64,000 nucleotides of DNA, taken from positions 16,373-80,372 of the forward strand of contig ONQE01000005.1 of the NCBI GenBank assembly GCA_900319925.1, in the 5' to 3' direction. The translations under genes were made by a program, and so were the position numbers. The stretch is from an uncultured Bacteroidales bacterium (lineage in GTDB: Bacteria; Bacteroidota; Bacteroidia; Bacteroidales; WCHB1-69). The notes under the pieces were generated by a model, which ran no database searches, was not told the DNA's origin, and saw only the letters and a program-made list of their open reading frames with translations. Below, piece after piece: positions 47,481-54,208 of this stretch. Within the stretch, counting starts at the first letter, position 1. Each line of letters starts with the position of its first letter.

Positions 47481-50400
47481 ATGACCAAAACCCAAAAACG
47501 CATCAATAACCTGATCGGCCTGATCATCGGTATAGTGGCCTCCGCCGTCTATATCATGACTGCCGAGCCCACCGTCTCGTGGTGGGACTGCGGTGAGTAC
47601 ATCGCCACAACCTCGAAAATGCTCATCGGCCACCCGCCTGGAGCCCCCACGTTCCAGATCCTCGGCCGCATCGCCACGCTTTTCGCCGGCGGTGACGTCA
47701 CCAAGATGGCCTACTGCATCAACTGCATGTCGGCGGTATGCAGCGGCATGACCATCATGCTGCTCTACTTCAGCGTCGTGCGCCTGGCCCGCAAGCTCGT
47801 CGCCAGATGGGGCGAGCTCAACACCCCGCGCTTCGTCGCCGTCCTCGGCACCGCCCTTGTGGCCGCGCTGACCTACACCTTCTCCGACACCTTCTGGTTC
47901 TCCGCCGTCGAGGGTGAGGTCTATGCCATGTCGTCGTTCTTCACCGCCCTGGTCTTCTGGTGCATCCTGAAGTGGGACGAGGAGTACGAGCACCCGATGC
48001 CCAACGTCAACCCGAACCGTTGGATCGTGTTGATTGCCTACCTCGTAGGCCTCTCCATCGGCGTGCACCTCTTGAACTTGCTGACCCTTCCGGCCATCGG
48101 GCTCATCATCTACTACCGTCTCTCGCCCAAGGCCACCCATGCCGGTGCCGTGCTTGCCTTCGCCCTTATGTCGTTCGCGTTCGGCATCTTCTGCTCCCCG
48201 ATGTGGATGATCCTGATCTGGCTCTTCGTCACCACCCCGCTGCTCATCTACTGCGGCAAGAAGGGGGCGCTGACCTCCAAGGCCGAATGGGGCGTCACCC
48301 TGTCGCTCCTCGTGTCGGTCGCGCTGCTCGGCTTCATCCTCTGGGGTGTCGTGCCCCAGGTGGTCAACCTCTCCGGTAAGTTCGACCTCTTCTTCGTCAA
48401 CTCCCTCCACATGCCCTTCAACTCGGGTGTGATCTTCTTCTTCCTGCTCATCGCCGCCATCATCGGCTGGGGCATCTGGTACGGCCACAAGCGCAACAAG
48501 CCGGTCCTCTCCATCGGCGCCTTCTCCCTGATGATGCTCATCATCGGCTACTCCACCTTCATGACCCTGGTGATTCGCTCCAACGCCAACCCCACCATCG
48601 ACGAGAACAGCCCCGAGGACGCCGTCTCGCTGCTCTCCTACCTCAACCGCGAGCAGTACGGCTCCAACCCGCTGGTCTATGGCCAGAGCTACAACACCCG
48701 CGTGGTCCGGATGAAAGACGGCAGCCCGATCTACTACCGCGACGAGGACACCAAGCGTTACGAGGTCTCCGACCCGCGCAAGGGCAGCATCCCGGAATAC
48801 GACCCCAAAGGCTGTATGTTCTTCCCGCGTATGTGGTCGTCGGAGAAACGCTCGCAGTACATCGACTGGCTGAACAACCGCTATAATTCCGACAGTCCCT
48901 CCGACAAGGAGAACCGTCGCCTGCTGCAGCGCGGGGGTACGCCCACCTGGCAGCAGAACATCAAGTTCTTCCACACCTACCAGCTGGGCTATATGTACTG
49001 GCGCTACTTTATGTGGAACTTCGCGGGCCGTCAGAACGACCTGCAGGGCCACGGCGACTACCAGAACGGCAACTGGATCACCGGCATCGGCGCCATCGAC
49101 AACCCGATGGTCGGCAACCTCAAAGACCTGCCCACCTCCATCGAGCGCCCCGGCCACAACAAATACTACCTGCTCCCGCTGCTCTTGGGTCTCCTGGGCC
49201 TCGTCTTCCACACGAAGAACGACAGCAAGCACTCTTTTGTGGTCTTCATGCTCTTCGTGATGACGGGTATCGCCATCGCCATCTACCTGAATATGTATGC
49301 CTTCCAGCCGCGTGAGCGTGACTACGCCTTCGCCGCCTCCTTCTACGCCTTCGCGATGTGGGTCGGCTTCGGCGTGCTGGCCCTCTACCGCCTCTTCGAG
49401 AAGCTGCAGAGCAAGAGCGTGCAGACCGCCGGTGCGGTGCTCGTCACGCTGATCTGCGTCGGCTTGGTGCCCTGCGTGATGGCCAAGGAGAACTGGCACG
49501 ACCACGACCGCTCCGACCGTTACACGGCCTTGGCGGTGGCCAAGAACTACCTCGACTCCTGCGAGCCCAACGCCATCCTCTTCACCCTCGGCGACAACGA
49601 CACCTTCCCGCTCTGGTACGCCCAGGAGGTCGAAGGCTACCGTACCGACGTGCGCGTCTGCAACCTGATGCTGTTGAGCACCAGCTGGTACGTCGATCAG
49701 ATGAAGCGCAAAGCCTACGAGTCCGAGCCGCTGCCCATCTCCATGACCTGGGACCAGTACAAGGACGGCACCCGCGATGTCCTCTACCTCGAGGCCGCCA
49801 ACAACCAGTATATCGACTTGAAGGCCGTGGTGGACTACGTGAAGTCGCCCACCTTCGACCATACACGGAGCCTCTTCTTGATGAAGCAGAACAGCGGCTA
49901 CCCGGTCAACGGACGCCCCATCCCCGCCAGCTTCTCGCTGCCGGTCGATAAGGCGAAGGTGTTGGCCAACGGCACCGTCGCCCCCGAGGATTCCGCCCTC
50001 GTGGTGGACAGACTGATGTGGAATATGAACACCAACGGCATGAACGCCCTCACCAAGGCCTACATCGTGATGATGGACATCCTGGCGAACAACAACTGGG
50101 AGCGCCCCATCTACTACGCTTCTACCGCCGGTTCGGAGGCCTACCTCGGCTTGGAGAACTATTTCCAGTTGGAGGGTTTCGCCTACCGTTTGGTGCCTAT
50201 CCGCAACACTTCGCGCTCCTACGGGGAGACTGGCCGCATCAACTCCGCCCGTCTCTACCACACCTTGATGGAGACCTTCGACGACCATAGCCGTCTGGAT
50301 CCCGTCAAGAACCCCAACGCCCAGCATACGCCGTACGAGTTCGCTTGGGGCGGCTTCAACGACCCGAGTCTCTACCATAGCGAGGACAACACCCGTCTGG

Positions 50401-51128
50401 TGCCCCTCATGCGTCGTTTGTACGCCCGTCTCGCCGAGCAGCTCATCACCGAAGGGGAGCCCGACAAGGCCCTCAAGGTGCTGGTGCACGGCAACGAGGT
50501 GCTGCCCGACTGCAACTTCCCGTACGTCTCCGTGATGTCCAGCATCTACGGCTACACGCACGGCTGTATGAGCTATGTCGAGGACTTCTTCCGCGTCCAT
50601 TCGCCCGAAGCCGACAAGAAGGGTATGGAGATGGCCAACCGGATTTGGGACGAGCAGGTGGAGCTCTTCAACTGGTACAACAACTGTGACGAGCGCACCC
50701 TCGACTACCGCAGTGGCGACATCCACTACGACTTCCTGTTCCTGCACTATATGATGAACAACATCAAATACCCCGACAACAGCCTGGCCCAGCGTTACAA
50801 AGAGCTGAAGATCGACAATGTCGCGGCGAATTATGCCAAGTCGTTGCAGGGCAGCATTGCTGCGCAGCTGCGCAAGGCCGAGCCTGACCAGCAGGCCATC
50901 GCCGGCAGTCTCCAGGAGCTGCACCAGATGCAGGAGATTGCCAAGATGATCGGTGACAATGCCACCGCCCAGAAGATCGAGGGCATCGCCGCCGCGCAGA
51001 TCGACATGATGGGCAGCCTCTCCCCCGATATGGCCGCCGCCTTCCGCCAGTTCTACTACAGCATGGACAGACGCGAGGCCCCCGCCGAGGAAGAGACCCC
51101 CACCGAAACCCCCTCCGATAACCAATAA
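47481..51128 (+). CDS. DUF2723-family large membrane protein (glycosyltransferase-C-like N-terminal domain)
   Basis: 1215 aa. N-terminal motif TVSWWDCGEYIATTSKMLIGHPPGAP, multiple TMs, then a soluble helical-repeat C-terminus. Assigned from memory. Confidence 0.7.
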   Translation: MTKTQKRINNLIGLIIGIVASAVYIMTAEPTVSWWDCGEYIATTSKMLIGHPPGAPTFQILGRIATLFAGGDVTKMAYCINCMSAVCSGMTIMLLYFSVVRLARKLVARWGELNTPRFVAVLGTALVAALTYTFSDTFWFSAVEGEVYAMSSFFTALVFWCILKWDEEYEHPMPNVNPNRWIVLIAYLVGLSIGVHLLNLLTLPAIGLIIYYRLSPKATHAGAVLAFALMSFAFGIFCSPMWMILIWLFVTTPLLIYCGKKGALTSKAEWGVTLSLLVSVALLGFILWGVVPQVVNLSGKFDLFFVNSLHMPFNSGVIFFFLLIAAIIGWGIWYGHKRNKPVLSIGAFSLMMLIIGYSTFMTLVIRSNANPTIDENSPEDAVSLLSYLNREQYGSNPLVYGQSYNTRVVRMKDGSPIYYRDEDTKRYEVSDPRKGSIPEYDPKGCMFFPRMWSSEKRSQYIDWLNNRYNSDSPSDKENRRLLQRGGTPTWQQNIKFFHTYQLGYMYWRYFMWNFAGRQNDLQGHGDYQNGNWITGIGAIDNPMVGNLKDLPTSIERPGHNKYYLLPLLLGLLGLVFHTKNDSKHSFVVFMLFVMTGIAIAIYLNMYAFQPRERDYAFAASFYAFAMWVGFGVLALYRLFEKLQSKSVQTAGAVLVTLICVGLVPCVMAKENWHDHDRSDRYTALAVAKNYLDSCEPNAILFTLGDNDTFPLWYAQEVEGYRTDVRVCNLMLLSTSWYVDQMKRKAYESEPLPISMTWDQYKDGTRDVLYLEAANNQYIDLKAVVDYVKSPTFDHTRSLFLMKQNSGYPVNGRPIPASFSLPVDKAKVLANGTVAPEDSALVVDRLMWNMNTNGMNALTKAYIVMMDILANNNWERPIYYASTAGSEAYLGLENYFQLEGFAYRLVPIRNTSRSYGETGRINSARLYHTLMETFDDHSRLDPVKNPNAQHTPYEFAWGGFNDPSLYHSEDNTRLVPLMRRLYARLAEQLITEGEPDKALKVLVHGNEVLPDCNFPYVSVMSSIYGYTHGCMSYVEDFFRVHSPEADKKGMEMANRIWDEQVELFNWYNNCDERTLDYRSGDIHYDFLFLHYMMNNIKYPDNSLAQRYKELKIDNVAANYAKSLQGSIAAQLRKAEPDQQAIAGSLQELHQMQEIAKMIGDNATAQKIEGIAAAQIDMMGSLSPDMAAAFRQFYYSMDRREAPAEEETPTETPSDNQ

Positions 51129-51132
51129 CCCC

Positions 51133-51160
51133 GTAGAGACGCGCCCCAGCGCGTCTCTAC
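51133..51160 (+). terminator. perfect 12-bp stem hairpin after the DUF2723 gene
   Basis: gtagagacgcgc-ccca-gcgcgtctctac starts 5 nt after the stop and is followed by tt. The H3 array begins right after it. Confidence 0.55.
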
Positions 51161-51164
51161 TTCC

Positions 51165-51269
51165 ATAACCCCTAACCCTTAACCCCTAACCCTTAACCCC
51201 TAACCCTTAACCCTTAACCCTTAACCCCTAACCCTTAACCCTTAACCCTTAACCCTTAAACCATAACCC
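51165..51269 (+). repeat. H3 array, CCC-rich variant (CTAACCC/TTAACCC/CCTAACC, about 15 units)
   Basis: Reads ataacccctaacccttaacccctaaccc...cttaaaccataaccca. It ends 2 nt before the elbB ATG at 51272. Almost every unit has CCC or CCCC. Confidence 0.95.
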
Positions 51270-51271
51270 AA

Positions 51272-51913
51272 ATGAAATTCGCAGTAATATTGTGCGGCTG
51301 CGGCACACTGGACGGCAGCGAAATCCACGAATCGGTGATGACCCTTTTGGCCATCGACCGCAACGGCGGCGAGTATCAGATCTTCGCCCCCGACGACTGG
51401 CAGTACCACGTCGTGAACCACGTCACGGGGCAACCCATGGAAGAGCGGCGCAACATGTTGTTGGAGGCGGCGCGTATCGCCCGTGGCAACGTCAAGCCCC
51501 TCGAGGAGTGCCGTGTCGAGGACTTCGACGCGGTGATCTTCCCCGGCGGCAACGGTTCCGCCAAGAACCTCTTCACCTACGCTTACGAGGGTGCGGGCTG
51601 CACCGTGCGTGAGGATGTGGCGGCGGTCATCCGCGCCTTCCACAGTGCCGGCAAGCCCATCGGTGCCCTCTGCATTGCCCCGGTGATGATTGCCAAGGTT
51701 CTCGGCGACGTCACCGTGACCGTCGGCAGCGACCCCGGCACCGTCCGCAACGTCGAGAGTTTCGGTTCCAAGCACGAGGTCACCGTCCAGAAGGGTGTCT
51801 GCTGCGACAAGGCCAACAAGGTCTTCACCACCCCCTGCTACATGCTCCCCGCCCGCATCTCCGACATCGCCGACTGCGCCGATAACCTCGTGCGAGCGAT
51901 GGTTATGGGTTAA
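51272..51913 (+). CDS. elbB: isoprenoid biosynthesis glyoxalase ElbB (DJ-1/PfpI superfamily)
   Basis: Motifs MKFAVILCGCGTLDGSEIHE, FDAVIFPGGNG, GALCIAP and TTPCYM. Length is 213 aa. Confidence 0.8.
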   Translation: MKFAVILCGCGTLDGSEIHESVMTLLAIDRNGGEYQIFAPDDWQYHVVNHVTGQPMEERRNMLLEAARIARGNVKPLEECRVEDFDAVIFPGGNGSAKNLFTYAYEGAGCTVREDVAAVIRAFHSAGKPIGALCIAPVMIAKVLGDVTVTVGSDPGTVRNVESFGSKHEVTVQKGVCCDKANKVFTTPCYMLPARISDIADCADNLVRAMVMG

Positions 51914-51946
51914 TGGTTATGGGTTAATGGTTATAGGTTAATGGGA
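51898..51946 (-). repeat. H3 array in reverse orientation (GGTTATG/GGTTAAT, about 7 units)
   Basis: Reads gatggttatgggttaatggttatgggttaatggttataggttaatggg. It contains both the elbB TAA (51911-13) and the TAA of the convergent four-helix-bundle gene (51938-40). Confidence 0.9.
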
Positions 51947-52321
51947 GGGCTGTAGGGCAGTGGAGAAGTGACGTCGTAGACCTGAAAGCATTTTAGCGAC
52001 GACGATAAATTGTGGTCTAAGTGCTTCTAACGAGGCTTCTGTGATGAAACCGAGGTCTAATGCAGTTTGTAGTTCACTGAATACCTCCATTAAAGACCCG
52101 AATGCGATTCCAATAAAGTAGGTCTTCTCTTTTATTGAAAATCTACCGCTTCCTTCCGCAATATTGGCGGTAATTGAGGCAGCAGCTCTCCTTATTTGGG
52201 AACTAAGTGCGAATTTTTCTTCAGGAGGTAATTGTTTTACAAGTTGATATACTTCCTTTACCAGTTTTCTGGATTCAGCATAAACTTCTAACTTTTCAAA
52301 TGAGAATCTTTCGTTGTCCAT
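51938..52321 (-). CDS. four-helix-bundle protein (23S rRNA intervening-sequence protein family)
   Basis: Motifs FEKLEVYAESRKLVKEVY, ...SQIRRAAASITANIAEGSGR and ...FIGIAFGSLMEV. Visibly AT-rich compared with the flanks. Confidence 0.75.
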   Translation of the reverse strand: MDNERFSFEKLEVYAESRKLVKEVYQLVKQLPPEEKFALSSQIRRAAASITANIAEGSGRFSIKEKTYFIGIAFGSLMEVFSELQTALDLGFITEASLEALRPQFIVVAKMLSGLRRHFSTALQPSH

Positions 52322-52417
52322 AAATAATTATATTTTGTTTGATTTATTCTATTAACGAATCAATAACGAAAATATTGCATGCTAATAAAAAAATCCCAAC
52401 AATAACCCTTCCATCTT

Positions 52418-52482
52418 CATAACCTACTAACCCATAACCCATAACCTACAACCTACAATCCATAACCCATAACCCATAACCC
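52418..52482 (+). repeat. H3 array (ATAACCC/ATAACCT/ACAACCT, about 9 units)
   Basis: Reads cataacctactaacccataacccataacctacaacctacaatccataacccataacccataaccc. It ends 3 nt before the aroK ATG at 52486. Confidence 0.9.
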
Positions 52483-52485
52483 AAA

Positions 52486-52944
52486 ATGACCACCGTCCTC
52501 ATCGGCTTCCCCGGTTCCGGGAAGAGCACCGTCGGCAAGCAGCTTGCCGAGCGGTTGGGTATGGCGTTCATCGACCTCGATGTGTATATCGAGGAGAAGT
52601 ACCACACGGCCATTCCCCTGCTCTTCGAGAAGTATGGGGAGGCGGCCTTCCGGACGTTGGAGTACGCCGCCCTCTGCGAGGTCTTGGAGCGCGAGGACGT
52701 CGTCATCGCCACCGGCGGCGGCGCCCCCTGCCACGCCGACGCCATGGACCGCATCAACGCCCGCGCCGAGAGCATCTACCTCCGCCTCTCCGAAGACCAG
52801 CTCGTCGAGCGCCTCCGCCAATCCAAGAAGAAGCGCCCCCTCACCGACTCCCTCTCCCTCCCCGCCCTCCGCCAATACGTCCACGACACCCTCGCCCTCC
52901 GCGAACCCTTCTACCTCAAAGCCCACACCGTATGGGATTTGTGA
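52486..52944 (+). CDS. aroK: shikimate kinase (short C-terminus)
   Basis: P-loop GFPGSGKST, then ...FIDLD and ...ATGGGAP. Length is 152 aa. The last codons and the TGA come from the H1-type array. Confidence 0.8.
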   Translation: MTTVLIGFPGSGKSTVGKQLAERLGMAFIDLDVYIEEKYHTAIPLLFEKYGEAAFRTLEYAALCEVLEREDVVIATGGGAPCHADAMDRINARAESIYLRLSEDQLVERLRQSKKKRPLTDSLSLPALRQYVHDTLALREPFYLKAHTVWDL

Positions 52945-53107
52945 TTGGTGACTTGTGATTGGTGACTTGTGATTGGTGATTAGTGACTTGTGATTGGTGA
53001 TTGGTGACTTGTGATTGGTGATTGGTGACTTGTGATTGGTGATTGGTGACATATCCCGCAGGCATTAACTACTAACTACTAACTGCTAACTGCTAACTAC
53101 TAACTAA
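52936..53107 (+). repeat. composite element: [TTGTGAT/TGGTGAC]n (52936-53050), 15-bp linker, [TAACTAC/TAACTGC]n (53066-53107)
   Basis: Same array order as the elements at 61053-61258 and 61691-61866. The linker ends in ggcat, as in the other two. Confidence 0.9.
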
Positions 53108-53146
53108 ATTTTTTTTCCCTCCCCCCGTCCATTGTTGTATTTTTTG

Positions 53147-53154
53147 TATATTTG
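53147..53154 (+). promoter_or_regulatory. -7 box TATATTTG, candidate promoter of the capsule-export operon with a leader of about 190 nt
   Basis: Matches TAnnTTTG 200 nt upstream of the ATG at 53355. The leader contains hairpins at 53159-53184 and 53204-53231. Confidence 0.45.
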
Positions 53155-53293
53155 CCGCGTGGAAAAATCTGTAAAATTTTCCACGGGAGGGCGGCTTACG
53201 CCACTGGAATCAGTGGACAACCGGATTCCAGAAACCCTTACAGCTCATGGGATCTCCTCCTTACGCACCTCCTTGATAATCAGGGAGGAATAG

Positions 53294-53323
53294 AGGATTT
53301 TGTCTCCTGAAAAACAAAATCCT
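53294..53323 (+). terminator. terminator-like hairpin inside the leader (possible attenuator)
   Basis: aggattttgt-N10-acaaaatcct is followed by tttt and lies about 30 nt upstream of the Wza-like start. Confidence 0.4.
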
Positions 53324-53354
53324 TTTCGCTCGAGTTTAATTAAAATCCATCATT

Positions 53355-54173
53355 ATGAGAAAGAAACTCATTCCATTCATTGCGGTGCTTCTGCTCATGG
53401 CCTCCTGTTCCATGAATAAGAAAATCACCTATTTTCAGGATGTCATCGTGTCATCCGACTCGACGGTTGCTGAGAAATTACCCCCGGATATCACCCTCCG
53501 GCCGGAGGACAAGGTTTCCATTATCGTCAACAGCAAAGATCCAGAACTCTCCGCCCTTTTCAATTTACCTTATGTGTCTCGATCTATCGGTTCAAGTTCT
53601 GATAATGAAATCACCCGTGGCGTGTCAAGTTATGTAGTAAGAAGAGATGGCACTATTGACTTCCCTGTACTCGGGAGTGTCAAGGTGGCTGGTCTGTCCC
53701 GTGATGAAGTGGCCGCTTACATCAAGAATCAACTCATTTCGCAGAACTTGGTCAACGATCCGGTGGTGACCGTTGAGTTCGTGAATCTTCAATACTCGGT
53801 TATGGGAGAGGTAAGGGCCCCTGGTAACTATAAGATTACTCGCGACCGCGTTACCCTGCTCGAGGCCATCTCCCAGGCCGGCGATTTGAACATCAGTGGT
53901 AAGCGTGACAACGTGCTCGTGATTCGCGCCGACTCCACTGGCAAGCTCTACGCCTACCAAGTCGATATGCGCTCCTTTGAAGACGTGGTCAATTCCCCCG
54001 TCTATTACATCCACCAGAACGACTACATCTACGTGGAGCCCAATAAGAAACGGGCCAACGAATCCACTGTCAACGCCAACACCGTGAGTTCCGCCTCCTT
54101 CTGGATCTCCATCTCTTCCCTGTTAGCCTCCCTCGCCTCCACCGCCACTTTGATTTTTGTCCGACTCAGATAG
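53355..54173 (+). CDS. polysaccharide export outer-membrane protein (Wza-like, Poly_export plus SLBB)
   Basis: Lipobox LLMASCS. Motifs RPEDKVSIIV, ...Y.V..DG.I.FP.LG.V.VAG and ...LEAISQAGD. Confidence 0.8.
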   Translation: MRKKLIPFIAVLLLMASCSMNKKITYFQDVIVSSDSTVAEKLPPDITLRPEDKVSIIVNSKDPELSALFNLPYVSRSIGSSSDNEITRGVSSYVVRRDGTIDFPVLGSVKVAGLSRDEVAAYIKNQLISQNLVNDPVVTVEFVNLQYSVMGEVRAPGNYKITRDRVTLLEAISQAGDLNISGKRDNVLVIRADSTGKLYAYQVDMRSFEDVVNSPVYYIHQNDYIYVEPNKKRANESTVNANTVSSASFWISISSLLASLASTATLIFVRLR

Positions 54174-54208
54174 ATTAGTTCATTTCTTTAACTATAGAAA
54201 GAAATATT

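Noticed and set aside
47457-51125. 1222-aa ORF on the minus strand
   Set aside because: It is antisense to the DUF2723 membrane protein. It starts within the H3 array and its sequence is low-complexity G/V/H/D/E. The plus-strand product has TM helices and a recognisable N-terminal motif.
51165-51269. CCCTAA-type array as a true telomere or contig-end artefact
   Set aside because: The array is internal and flanked on both sides by intact bacterial genes that start or stop within a few nucleotides of it. Similar arrays occur at six other internal sites.
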